From: Octopus sinensis
Taxonomy: Eukaryota
Assembly: GCF_006345805.1 (NCBI RefSeq)
Contig: NC_043002.1
Span: 66,774,001 to 66,838,000, forward strand
Reading direction: 5' to 3'
Length of the DNA: 64,000 bases
Shown: positions 34,935 to 47,389 of the stretch, one piece after another
How the letters are laid out: each line of letters starts with the position of its first letter
How positions within the stretch are numbered: position 1 is the stretch's first letter
The notes under the pieces: model-generated
What the model saw: only the letters and a program-made list of their open reading frames with translations
Told to the model about the DNA's origin: nothing
Database searches by the model: none
Position numbers and translations under genes: made by a program

Positions 34935-37900
34935 AAGGCGGATCTCAAGAGGAGGGGGCTGTGTTAAGTCCGTGTGGGGTGGTAGTTTGTAGGGTGAAGA
35001 TGTAGCGTTGCTCCCAGTGGAGCCTGGAAAGTGGGCGACCATTGTGGGGGGCGAGACCAAACACTGAGATATCATCTAGGGAATGGCCGGCCGAGCGGAA
35101 GTGGCGTGCGACGGGAGAAAAAGAGTGTAGGCGAACGTCCCTAAAATGTTCAGTGAAACGGTCGACAACCGGCGTCCCGTCTGTCTACATACAGCATCCC
35201 GCATAGGTTGCATTTAATGCAGTAAATAAGGCCAGACGAGGTGCACGTAAAAGAGTGCCTAATGCGTACAGTATGCTGGTTGGAGCCGGTGACAGCGGTG
35301 GTGTTGGTGATGAGGGGCAAGAGTTGCAGCGGGATCTAGAGCAAGGAATGATCCGTGTGGGGCTGAGGGGGAAGGAGAGAGGGTGCTGTGGACCAGGAGG
35401 TCACGCAGATTGCGGGCTCGTTTGAAAGAGGACAGGGGTGGGTTAGGGAAAATGGGGCGGTGGTGGGATCAAGCTGGAGGCGACGGAAGGCACGTAGTAT
35501 CTTTGCGACGAAGGGGTAGGGTAGAGGGTGGGAAAAGGAGGGAGAAGGGGGGCGGTTTGGGGGGTGGGCGGGGGAAGGAGACAGGGCGGTAGTGCGGTCG
35601 ATGCGACGCGCGGGTGAGGGCATCAGAGAGGAGTAGGGTGGGTAACCTCGGAGGCTGAACATGCGGGCCAGGTTTGATGATTGGGTCTCTCGAAATCCTG
35701 AAGTCGGTCGCTGGCACTACGCGTGGCGGAGCAAAACTGGGAGTACAAGGAGGCTCCACGGTGTGGAGGGGGGAGGACGCGAGTTGAAGATAGAAGGGTG
35801 GATGTGGGAATCAGTTGATAGGATTTACAAGGTGGTGGATGAAGTGAGAGGGGACGTTGGAGGATCGATACGGAGAGAGATGTCAAGAAGTGATACAAGA
35901 GGTGTTGGAGATGGTGAGGTGAAGAGTGGAATGTGAAGAGAAGGGTGAAAGTTGGAAAGGAAAGAGATGAATTGGCAGAGAAGTTCACGGGAAAGGGAGG
36001 TGGCACCTACGCAGTCGTCGATATAGCGACCGTATAGTTCGGGGGGTCGGCCCAGAGAACTGGGAGAACACTTGGGCCTCAATGTAGCAAAGAAAGAGAT
36101 TGGCGAAATTGGGGCCCATCCTAGTTCCCATCGCGACCCGGACACCTGTTGGTACGTTTCCCCCGGCGAACGTGAAGCAATTGAGGGTGAGGACGAGCTC
36201 AGCAAACGGAGAAGGGTGGGGGTGCTGGGGGTGGGGTCGGGACGACGGTCGAGGAAGTGTTGGAGGGCTAGGAGACCGTCTGTGGGGAATCACTGTGTAC
36301 AGGATTTTACATCTAAAGTGAAGAGGAGGTGTTGAGGGGCTGGGAAGGGAAGGAAAAGGATTGAAGAGACGGAGGGCGTGGTTGGTGTCGTGTATGTGGG
36401 ATGGGAGGGCTGCGACTAAGGGGGACAGGATGCGGTCGAGGTATAGGAGATGATTCAGTGGGGCAATTACAGCAGAGACTATGGGACGGCCAGGATTAGA
36501 GGGTTTATGGATCTTGGGAAGGAAGTAGATGGTGGAGGTGCGGGGTGTTGCGGACGATGAGGTTAGTGGCGTGAGGGGGAGAGCGGAGGAGGAGATGAGG
36601 TCGCGGATGGTGGAGGGACACTCGCTGTTGGTAGGAGGAGGTGGGATCGGGGGGAGGAGGCGATAGAAGAGGGGATTTGAAGCTGGTTGAGCGTTCCTCC
36701 TGTATATGTCCGCGCTGCCACACTGACCACTGCCCCGCCTTGTGTCGCCCGGTTTGATGACAATGTCATCACGACGGTGGAGGGGTGGCGAAGGGCAATG
36801 GATTCGGCCCGATGTGAGGTTGGCTCGGCGGGGTCTTGGTTCAAAGTTGAAACGGGTGGACCAAAGCGTTGCAGTCATGTACAAACGAATCTAGGCTACT
36901 GAAAAGGCCTGGGGGCGGCGTCCAGATGGATGACGACGCCCAGCTCCAAAAGCACATCCTGATTGTTGTGACGCTGCGGGGACGCGTGGTAGTATGCGCA
37001 AAAGTTTGAGGCGGCGCAGGAACAGGTTGACGTCCGCCCGAGTCCTCGAACTCATCACAGTGGCGCGTGAGTGGACGTGAAGCGGAGACCCTTACTGAGG
37101 AGGGAGCGCTCAGCGGCGGAGAGGGGGAGGTTGGGGGTATATAGTGACAACAGCGCGAGGAAGCCGGGTGGTGGGAGGACTAGGGGCAGGCGGAGGGGTG
37201 CAGGGGTGTGAAGGGGAGGGAGGGGTGGGTTGGGTGAAGATTGGGTTAGGCGTGGGAGGTCACGGTGGGGGTGTGGGTCCGTGGAAGGGTGGGGTAGTGC
37301 GAAGGAGGGGGAACAGTGGGGGGAGGATGATGGGAAGGGGGTGAGGGGTTGAGGAGGAGGTGGAGTTTTTGTTTTTGTTTTTTGTGTGTGTGAGGGGTTT
37401 GTAGAGTTGGTGGTTGGAGTAAGAATGAAGCGGAGGATAGTTGGTTGGTTGGGTGAAGAGAGGAGGCAGTGGCGGAGAGAAGGAGGTAGGCCTGGGAAGT
37501 TGATGGTCGAGGGAGTCAAGGAGGGGGCGGTGGAGCGGATGGTGGCGCGGAGGAGGGAGCGGGAGGTACGAGCGAGGGTGGTTCGATGAAGGGGGAGGAA
37601 TAGGGGGTAGCGTGGACTTCAAGAGGAAACCGCGGGGTGTGACATGATGGCGGAGGCACGGCTAAGAAAGGAAAGATGGCTAGATGGCGGGTTTTCTTAA
37701 AAAGCAAGCGGAAAAAGTTATAGCAGGTGCGGAACATTGTGGGGGAGAAACGCGAGGTAGCGGCTGAGGAGGGATTGAAGGTGTTGGACGAACGAGTGCA
37801 AGTCAGGCATGATGAGAAGTGGTGGCAAACAGGTAAAGGGGGTGGTGGAAAACAGGAAAAAGGAGAGACAACAGGAAACAACAAAAAGAAGAAAAAGGGT

Positions 37901-38440
37901 GAAGACGGTTTGAAAACAATAGAAAAAGTTGAAAAAAGTCAGGAAGAGATTTGAGAGTCAACGGACGGATTAGGTAATGATTTTCAATCACGATAATGGC
38001 GGTACTCCGGAAGAAGGTTGCAGGTGATCCGTAGGTCAGGAAGAATGGTAACAATAATCCGTAGGTGCAAAAAATCGGGGGAATTGGTATCCAAGGTACA
38101 AGGGGTCCATGTAGGCGCGCAGTGGTATAATTTTAATCCAAACGGGAAAACAAAAAAAAACAACAACAATGGAACAATTACAGTATTATTATTAATAGGC
38201 GCTCAGGAAATGGAAGCAGGAAGGTATGACGTTTCGAGCGGAGCTCTTCGTCGGAAACATAAAGAAGGAAGAGAGAGGAAAGAAAGATCCCAAAGCGGGC
38301 AACAGGGATAGAGAAAAAAAACGACTGGTGTTTACGAGTTACACATGGTGAAAGGCGGACGTTTACGATAACAAGAGCAAAGTAGGTTTTTAAAGCCAAA
38401 GAGTGGAGACAAGGTTGGTAACGCAACAGATGTGTGTGTA
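34935..38440 (-). mobile_element. Penelope-like retroelement, near full length, heavily frameshifted
   Basis: RT motifs IVIKP.D, YFLPKIHK...PGRPIVS, AMGTRMGPNFANLF, YGRYIDD, SLLDI. GIY-YIG GLIYCIKCNLCGMLYV..TGR...RFTEH at ~35150-35260. pLTR with HHR at ~38140-38440. Confidence 0.9.
38224..38258 (-). ncRNA. Family C hammerhead in the PLE 5' pLTR (core U4>C)
   Basis: GUUU-CCGACGA-A-GAGC(UCC)GCUC-GAAAC-GUC^AUAC. Confidence 0.55.
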
Positions 38441-39130
38441 TATATACTATATATGTGTATATGTATATATATATATATATGAGCATCTATATATATATTT
38501 GCACGTATATGTTCATATACATGTATATGTAGATATAGTTCCAAGGCAGCTTTATCTCTAAAGTCATCTTCATGATCGATTATGTAATGCAATATGAAAC
38601 CCCTGGTTATAGGTGCATGATTACCCTAATGCTGAGATAAATTGCTTTGATATAAACATTTTAATTCATGTGGCAGACGATGTTTTGAGTATAAAATAAT
38701 ATAAAAACCACCATAGAAGTACCGCCGACTGATAGGTTCCTTGACTAATTGTTTGAAAGGTTTCTCATTATTTCAAATTTAACTTTTTATTTATTTATTT
38801 TCATTTGAATTTGTTTTCCTAGAGAGGAGGGTTCTTAGATAGATATATAAAATATGCTTGGCGACCTGACTGAAAGCCTGCCTGTCTGTCTCTCTGTCTG
38901 TTGGTCGATCGGCCTCTGTCTATCTATCTAATTTTACTTTTTTTCTTATTTTCCCTCTTTTTTTCATTTTCGAAAAGAAGAGCTCTACATTTGTATTTGC
39001 CCCCTCTGTGTTCAGCCCTGTGTGGCCAATAAAGTTATCTATCTGTCTGTCTGTCAGTCTGTCTGTCTCTTTCTTTCTTTCATTATAAATGATTTAGTAG
39101 ATGCATAAGTTAGCCGCCTATATTCATTTT

Positions 39131-39248
39131 GCTTACGGCCATATCACGTTGAAAGCACCGGTTCTCGTCCGCTCACCAAAGTTAAGCAACATCGAGCCTA
39201 GTTAGTACTTAGATGGGTGACCGCTTGGGAAACCTAGGTGCTGTAAGC
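39131..39248 (+). rRNA. 5S rRNA gene copy or pseudogene
   Basis: gcttacggccatatcacgttgaaagcaccggttctcgtcc...gttagtacttagatgggtgaccgcttgggaaacctaggtgctgtaagc; helix I GCUUACGG/CUGUAAGC. No oligo-T terminator. Confidence 0.85.
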
Positions 39249-39257
39249 ATTCCATTA

Positions 39258-39656
39258 GGGCGGCGAGCTGGCAGAAACGTTAGCACGCCGGGCGAAATGC
39301 GTAGCCCTATTTCGTCTGCCGTTATGTTCTGAGTTCAAATTCCGCCGAGGTCGACTCTGCCTTTCACCCTGTCGGGGTCGATTAAATAAGCACCAGTTAA
39401 GCACTGGGGTCAATATAATCGACTTAATTCGTTTGTCTGTCCTTGTTTGTCCTATCTGCGTCTAGCCCCTTGTGAGTAGTAAAGAAATAGGTATTTCGTC
39501 TGTCGTTACGTTCTGAGTTCAAATTCCGCCGAGGTCGACTTTGCCTTTCAACCTTTCGGGGTCGATAAAGTACTAGTTCCGCACTGGGGTCGCTGTAATC
39601 GACTTTATCCCTTTGTCGTTGTTTGTCCCCTCTATGTTTAGAGGGTAGTAAAGAAA
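39258..39656 (+). mobile_element. Dimeric SINE family A
   Basis: Head gggcggcgagctggcagaaacg; the second monomer starts gtatttcgtctg at ~39491. Confidence 0.9.
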
Positions 39657-40079
39657 TATATATTCAATTATAGGAACTTAGTAAAGGATCCTCCTCCGGT
39701 TCTGACGATAAATATTGATGCTACGTATTAGTGTGTGTTCCTGTGGCCGATTAGACCATAAAGACGCATATACTCCTATCGTATTCATCAGTTACAATCA
39801 TCTCTGATTTCGTCAAGTTCTTTCAAGTACAACACTCGAACAATTTTCTTTCTCAATGAGTCATTATTTTCGATTATGTCTAAGATTTAATTTCATAGCT
39901 GACAGTGCTTAAATACAAATATAAAGGGAAGTAGGAACAAGCAAAGTAATATTGGTTTTAAATTTTGGCACAAGCCCAGCAATTTTGGGGCAGGATTTAA
40001 GTCGATTACATCGACCTCAGTGCTCAACTGGTACTTATTTTATCGACCCCGAAAGGATGAAAGACAAAGTCGAGCGCAG

Positions 40080-40121
<42 letters not shown>

Positions 40122-40352
40122 CATACATACATATATATATATTATATTTCTAAATTTCTGAGAGATTTATACAGTAGCAGCACGATAAAGTGATGGTATG
40201 TTGGCAACTTAATGTGACAGTCTCATGAAAGGGAAAAATACTACTGCTATTTAGCCCGAGGAAACACCGTTTCCTGTTGGCCATGAAACATTTTCTGTGT
40301 CCTTATGTTTTCAAAGGATCAGATAAGCACTTCTACCCAAAAAAGACAGCAA

Positions 40353-40395
40353 TCCAGAGACTAGTTTCAGAGTCATTGCTCATCATCAGTCTGGA
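40353..40395 (-). ncRNA. Minimal type I hammerhead ribozyme (orphan)
   Basis: UCCAGA-CUGAUGA-U-GAG(CAAUGA)CUC-U-GAAAC-UA-GUC^UCUGGA; 6-bp stem I and palindromic ACUAGU stem III. Confidence 0.75.
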
Positions 40396-40482
40396 GTAGC
40401 ATGGCTTGCTAGCTGTCGATGCTTATTCGCCTTTAAAACATTTCAAGTAAAATACATTCACTGATTTCGAAAATAGAAATAT

Positions 40483-40530
<48 letters not shown>

Positions 40531-40850
40531 ATTGGTGAATTGAAGAAATGAGCTGAACGCAGATTGAACAGAAATCGTTTTATTCATTCTACACGTGTTT
40601 CGAAAGGCACAAATTACCAAAATCCGATTGAATAATGGGACCATGTTGTGTTTTCTCATCAGGAAGAAAAAAGGAAATCCGTTGGAAACACAACTGCTGT
40701 GATTTTTGCTACTAAGGTATCGGTTAAACTTTTGATTAATCTACTACAAGATTATTCATCTTTCTATTTCACATAATATATATATATATAAATATATATA
40801 TATATGCGTGTTTGTATATGTGTGCGTGTGTATATATATGTGTGTGTATG

Positions 40851-40881
<31 letters not shown>

Positions 40882-40916
40882 GCGTGATTGTATATGTGTG
40901 CGTGTGTATATATATG

Positions 40917-40950
<34 letters not shown>

Positions 40951-40959
40951 TTCAGTGTG

Positions 40960-41180
40960 TGTGTTAACGATTCTGTCAGCTCGCCGCCTTAACAAGCAAA
41001 GGAATATTCTAGCAGCATTTCGTCTGTTTTAACGTGCTGAGTTCAAATTCCTCCGGGGTTGACTTTGCCTTTCATCCTTTCGTGATCGATAAAATAAGTA
41101 CAAGTTATGCATTGGGGTCGATGTAATTGAATTACTCCCCACCACAAAAAAAAAAAAAAAATTGCTGACTTTGTGCCAAA
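40960..41180 (+). mobile_element. SINE family A pieces
   Basis: gagttcaaattcc B box and family A body. Confidence 0.75.
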
Positions 41181-41689
41181 AATTGAAACTATTATTGTAG
41201 ATGTTGTTGAAAGCGTTGATGAATTCATGATGTATTTAGCAAGCCGGGAAGAGTAATGAAAAAAACAGAAAGTAAATAAAGTAATTTAGTTCGAAATAAA
41301 CGATTATTATAGTGGAGGAGCAAAAAAATATGGCGGCTTTTTATAAATTTCAACCAGTTGCCAGTTGCCTTCTCTAGTTGATTAAATCTCGAGGTGGAGC
41401 CTCTTTATTTGATGGGAACCAATTCCTTTTTTTGTCATTGAAAGGTTCTTCCGAATGTAGATGTACAATACTATCACGATAAAACATACATACATAGCGT
41501 ATACATGCATAACATATACATACATTCATAGCCACACATACACACACAATCTTTCCCTTCCTTTTAAGCGTTAAACTAATACATTTTTTAAAACTTGTAT
41601 CCTCGTGCTGTTTGATTTTTTTTGCTCATTACCTAATATATGTATTTATGTATGTACTTATTTCAATATGTGACCGCGCGTGTATCGTT

Positions 41690-41875
41690 GGCGATTTTCT
41701 TTCTCCGTCTTCCCTTCTTTGAACTTTTTCTATATTTCTGATGAAGAACTCCGCTCGAAACGTGAAATCCTCTTTTCTTTCCTTTCTTGAGCGTCCAATA
41801 ATACTGTACTTATTCCACGTCCTCGCGTTGTTTTTTCTTGCTTGTTCATGTTTGGATTTATTATTCTGTCCCCAC
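41690..41875 (+). mobile_element. Family C PLE terminal repeat with degenerate HHR (41733-41768)
   Basis: atttctgatgaagaactccgctcgaaacgtgaaat...gagcgtccaataatac...gtttggattt. Confidence 0.75.
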
Positions 41876-42636
41876 AGCGATCTTGAAAAACTGGCTTTTC
41901 TCAAATCCAGTAAAGTTACGGCTAATTAGGGAAATTACAATCAGACGCCATTTATAGAACTGTGGAAAGATGTTAAACATTCTAGAGGTTTATTCTATGA
42001 TACATAAATAGATACATAGAGAAACGTATATATATATATATATATATAAGTACGCCTACATAAAATACATAAGCTAAAACAAGGGGTTCACACACAGTGA
42101 CATGCATGCTTATACCCATATACATTTGTGCGCAGATATATATGTACAAGAAGACATACACGTATAGATAGATAAGATAGATAGATAGATAGATACATAC
42201 ATGCGAACACACACGACTACTTAGTTTAATGTCAACATTTCAAAGAAAAAGCTTCGTATGTGAAAGCAGTTCTTTCTTTGTTAGTAGGAAATTTAAAAGA
42301 AAAAAACCCATCGTCATGTAAGTGAATCTCCTAGAAAGAAATTGTGGAGGTCCATAGTATATATATATATATAATCTGTGCATCTTACTAAATGATCGAT
42401 TAAAAAACCTTTTTAAGCGTAACCCCAGCGTGTTCGGAAGTCGATGACTGAAACAAGTAAAAGAATAAAAGAATATTTGTACTCCACACGTATACGCGCC
42501 CGCGCGCGCGCGTGTGTGTATAATGGATATATGTACGCATATATTTTTACACATATACACACACACACACACACACTTATATGGGAATCGCAGTAAAGTA
42601 CAACCAGCCGTCAACAGTATGGCTTGGTGATATGTG

Positions 42637-43184
42637 TTGGGTTGTCCGGAAAGTTCGTGCCGATTAATAGTAGCTTACCTTTCGACTTATTTTGAGTCCA
42701 TAAAATAGGATTTGACTACACTTCCATTTCTGCCACAGTTTAAGCTATCTTTTCGTGGAAGAAGGTTTATGTTCCTATAACCTGTGTTAATTCTGTAACC
42801 CTTTAAAATGGAAGATAAGTTCATTTTCAGCACTTGATACTTTGGGAACCAGACACAAATTGCTGCAACTTAGCTGGGATGTGTCATCCCACCCTCCATA
42901 TTCACCAGATATTGCTCCTTCGGATTTCCACTTATTCAGGTCTCTGCAGAATAGTCTTAATGGTAAAAATTTCAATTCCTTGGATGACGTAAAAAAATAC
43001 CTAGATGAATTCTTTGCCATGAAACCACCTCAATTCTGGGAAGGGGGTATTTTCAAGTTAAAGTAAAGATGGAGACGCAGTTTTCAACAAAATGGTTCAT
43101 ATTTAGTTGATTAAAAATGTGATGGCAAGTATTTGACATTTTTCTTTCCTTTAAAAATCGGCACGAACTTTCCGGACAACCCAA
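42637..43184 (+). mobile_element. Internally deleted mariner element
   Basis: 29-bp TIRs ttgggttgtccggaaagttcgtgccgatt; transposase C-terminus HPPYSPDIAPSDFHLFRSLQNSL fused to the MEDK N-terminus; TA on the right flank. Confidence 0.95.
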
Positions 43185-44107
43185 TAGAATGATTTTGCTA
43201 GTTCTTTTAGGTGCCTATGTTGCCGTGAGCAGATATTGATAACCTCTCAGAACTTTAAACTTTAACGCAGCTGAACATCCAGGACACGTGACAACTATAA
43301 GGGGAGAGAGAGACGGGGGAGGGTTTGTATCAATACCCAGGTGGTACCTGTTACAGCTGAGTAAACTGGTGCGAAATCTAATGGAATGCCTCTCTCAAAA
43401 ACACATAACAGCGCTCGATCGTAACCCGAACCCGCTAACCTACGCGCCTTCACTGTTTGAAATTAACGGATTGGATAAAGAACTGGACTTATTGGCGAAA
43501 TATCTAATCGAATGCGCTACAGGTGTTTCGTTCTGAAACTACATAGGACATCTATACAGATACCCAGGTACCTTAGTTGTTGGGTATTCTCCATCATTTT
43601 CTGGCAAACTGTCAACAGAACTAAATATTTATTAACACATACCGTTAATAATTAAGTTGATATAATTATTTATTGTATCATCATATGTGATAATTATCTC
43701 TTTATCTGTCTGACTGCCAGTCCACCTGCCTGTCTCTGTATGGGTCTGTCTGTATATCAGTTTTTCATGCTCTCGTGCATGCATTCTCTTCCCCTCTCCC
43801 TATTCATCTCTCTCTATGTATATATGAATGTGTATGTGTACACACATACACATGCATGCACACGTACTCACACACACACACACACACACACCTATACACG
43901 CACACATTTGTTTTGGCTGGATGGTTTATTTATATATGCTAGTGTCTATTGCCAATGTGACCAGCGCTTCTCACTGCCAGCGGCAAAAGATTAAGTAGAG
44001 TGCTGAAGGATGTCTTCCCTTATTCTGAAACAAAGAAAATATTTCAAAATCGGACACTAAGTGACACGACACATAATATATCCCTCCAGTTGTTAGAAAA
44101 ATTCACA

Positions 44108-44145
<38 letters not shown>

Positions 44146-44400
44146 AGATTTCACAAAAAAAATAAACAAAAGACGAAGACAGGTGGTGTAGACAACAAAC
44201 ATGTATTAGTATAACGTTCGAGAAGTGAAAACGTCTTTTACGTTTCGAGCCTATGCTCTTCCACAGAAAGGAACACAGAAAGAAACAAGGAGAGAAAATA
44301 AAGAATGTGTAGTGGCTAGCTTTCTGTCATGGCAAATGCCGGACAGAAGGGTCACACAGGGGAGCTAGGGAGAAGGGGAGTTAATAAAGTGGTGGTGTAG
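44146..44400 (-). mobile_element. Family D PLE-type terminal repeat with HHR-like motif (44235-44270)
   Basis: CUUU-CUGUGGA-A-GAGC(AUAG)GCUC-GAAAC-GUA^AAAG; abuts (TA)n. Confidence 0.8.
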
Positions 44401-44635
44401 GGAGTATAACTCCAAACTTACAGGGAAAAATTCAATTTAGTATTAAAAAAATTTCACATTGTAAATATATACTATATATAAATTAGAGAATTTACTTATT
44501 ATATATTGTTTATTCATTTTTTTGTACTTTTTGTGATCTAGTTATGTTTTATAATATATTTTACTTTTTCTTTATGATTTGGTTTATGTCTATCATTGTT
44601 TGAATTACATAGTGGTTTTTCTCTAATTTATATAT

Positions 44636-44963
44636 AAAGGTAAAGACCCCCTTCGGTCATGAGTGACCATGGGTTTGCACCTAGAGAGTTACCCTCTGAG
44701 GCACAAGTCTGGGCAAGGTTGTTTTTATGGAAGATCAGTAGTCGCCCATGCATACCGGCCTCCCCTCTCCACGCCACCAGTGTTATCCAAGGGAAAGACA
44801 AAGGTCGATACAGCTTGGCACCTGTGACGTCGCAACTCATTTCTACAGCTGAGTGAACTGGAGCAACGTGAAAATAAAGTGCTTTGCTCAAGAACATAAC
44901 ACGCAGCCCGGTCCGGGATTCGAGCTCACAACCTCACGATCGTAAGCTCGACGCTCTAACCAT
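44636..44963 (-). mobile_element. tRNA-derived SINE (third family) with an (ACCTTT)-type tail
   Basis: Head tggttagagcgtcgagcttacg...ctcgaatcccgg; central ccagttcactcagctgtagaaatgagt; tail ctttaccttta. Confidence 0.8.
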
Positions 44964-45489
44964 AAATATATACACACGCACATACATACAAGGTGGCCAT
45001 AAAGTAGGTTTACAGTTTATTCAACTGTCTCTTCTGTATTCATTTATTAACAGTTTAGATCTTAATTATAAAAAAAATATGAAACCATTATTCTGTGCTA
45101 ATTTAGTTAATTTTGTCAGGCTCCCTTTTCAGTTTGTAAGTTAGAAATTTAAATGTAATAAAATGTAACGACAGGTGAAACACCGCCAGGCATTTCGTCG
45201 TCCAGCGTTCTAAGGATTCTGCCAGTTTCAAATTTTGGCCCAAGGCCAGTAATTTTGAGAGGAATGGGGTAAGTCGATACCATCGACCCCCCAGTATTTT
45301 ATTGACCCCCGAAAAGATGAAAGGCATAGTTAAACTCAAAAGGATTTGCACTTAGAATTCAGAACTTAAAAAGCCGATAGAAATTTTGCAAGATATGGCA
45401 CGAGGCCAGCAATTTGGACGTAAGGGTTAGTCCATAAGATCACTCCTTAGCCTAATGCTTGACTGGTTCTTTTATTTTATCTATCCTAA

Positions 45490-45725
45490 AAGGATGCATT
45501 GTTTCACGTTGCTCCAGTCCGCTCAGCTGGCAAAAATGAGTAGTGCCTGTATTTCAAAGGGCCAGCCTTGTAACATTCTGTGTCACGCTAAATCTCCCTG
45601 AGAACTACATTAAGGGTACACGTGTCTGTGGAGTGCTCAGTCACTTGCACATTAATTTCACGAGCAGGCTGTTCCATTGACCGGATCGGCCGGAACACTC
45701 GTCGTCGTACCCGACGGGGTGCCAG
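45490..45725 (+). mobile_element. 5'-truncated SINE sharing the central domain of the 44636 family, with a different tail
   Basis: tttcacgttgctccagtccgctcagctggcaaaaatgagt...gtcgtacccgacggggtgcca. Confidence 0.6.
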
Positions 45726-46407
45726 AAAAGGATGAAAGGCAAAGAGCTGGAAGAGAAGTCCTTAAGTATTTTTGTATTTACCTATGAGACTGACAATTCT
45801 GCAAATCCAACATCCTTAGGTCGAAACTAATTAACGTAAGACATTTCGCCCGACGCTCTTAACTGAGTCCATCCATCCATTGTACTTATAATAAAAAAAG
45901 AAACCAATACATTTTGTAGGGAGTTAATCAACTATACTGATCCCAATATTTGACAGGCAACTAGAGCATTGGACTGGCAGAATCGTTAGGGCATCGGAAA
46001 ATTGCTTGGTGATATTTGTTCCAAATTCATACGTTCGAATTTCAAATACTATAGGGGTCAATTTTTTAAGGTGGTGAATTGGCAGAATCATTACAACGCC
46101 GGACAAAATGCTGAGCGGCGTTTCTTCCGTCTTTACGTTCTGAGTTCAAACTCCGCCAAGGTTGAATTTGCCTTTCGTCCTTTCGGCGTCGATAAAATAA
46201 GTACCAGTTTAACACTGGAGTCGATGTAATCAACTTATACCCCTCCTCCGAAATTGTGCCAAAAGTTGAAGCCAATTTTTAACTGGTAACCTATTTTATC
46301 GACAATAACGTATCCACTCATTCTTAATGCGTTTGACCGATTCGAACGTGAATGTCTGATCTCATTGTTGCTCTTCTGTCAACGGAGAACACTTACTTCC
46401 TTTAGAC

Positions 46408-46714
46408 CAGTAGTTCTCAACTGGGGTCCATATAAGATTTTAGTGGGGGTCCGCACAAGCAGAATAATAAATTGGGTCTACAGTAGTATTTTATGGGTCC
46501 ACGGAAAATTTTTGCTTAAAATGTATTTAACAAGAAACAACTAGTTTTCTTTCTCTTTCAACTTACACATGAGAGTGTGTGATGAACAAAATAGGAATTC
46601 CGAAAGAAGTATCTATAAAACAATGTTTTAAAGCATAAAAATGGCTATGGGCATCCACCAGAATAAAATAATAATCAAAGGGTTCCATAAGTTAGAAATG
46701 GTTGAGAACCACTG
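46408..46714 (+). mobile_element. hAT (Buster/Charlie-like) MITE
   Basis: TIRs cagtagttctcaac / gttgagaaccactg; TSD ctttagac / ctttagcc with central TA. Confidence 0.9.
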
Positions 46715-46778
46715 CTTTAGCCGATGTGTGTTCATAACACATGGTATTCACTTTGAGATACTGTTTTTTTCATCCCCG

Positions 46779-47065
46779 TTGTGTGTCTTCTTAGTCGAAG
46801 CTACCCAACCAGACCGATGAGGCCGAGCTCTTGTTTATAGGAATCAGCAGACAGATTATTTGCTGATATGTGCCGATGTTTTCCAAACAAATAATAATTC
46901 CTAGGGTACGTGTAGAAGTGCGGGAATCCGAACAGTAATGTATTTATTTTTTCTTATTACGTTCAGGCATTTTCGAACGTAAATACCTGATCATTGTTGC
47001 TTTCCGTCGTATCCTTATCATATTAACCAGTCTGGTGAGGTAGCTTCGACCGAGGAGGCATACAA
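46779..47065. mobile_element. Unclassified element bounded by ~38-bp imperfect inverted repeats
   Basis: ttgtgtgtcttcttagtcgaagctacccaaccagaccg versus the reverse complement of cagtctggtgaggtagcttcgaccgaggaggcatacaa. Confidence 0.5.
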
Positions 47066-47389
47066 TGCGGTCAAAACACTGCGATGTCTCGTGGTGAATC
47101 TCTTGTGCTATGTACAAACATCATCTAGGGGAAGATGAACAAACATAATCTCCGGTGATGCTAAGCAACAGCGTTCAGTTATTCACGTTTGAATCTGCCA
47201 TAACGAATTAAGATTGAATAGATACGTTATTGTTTGGATTCTTGATGTTATTCACGCATCCAAGGAATTATTATTTTATCGATTCAGAAAGGTCAACTAA
47301 AAGGCAAAGCCAACTTCAGGAGCATTCCAAACTTAGAACGGAGGAAACATGTAACAAAGTCCATCTCGCCTGAGTTATAAAGTAAATAA

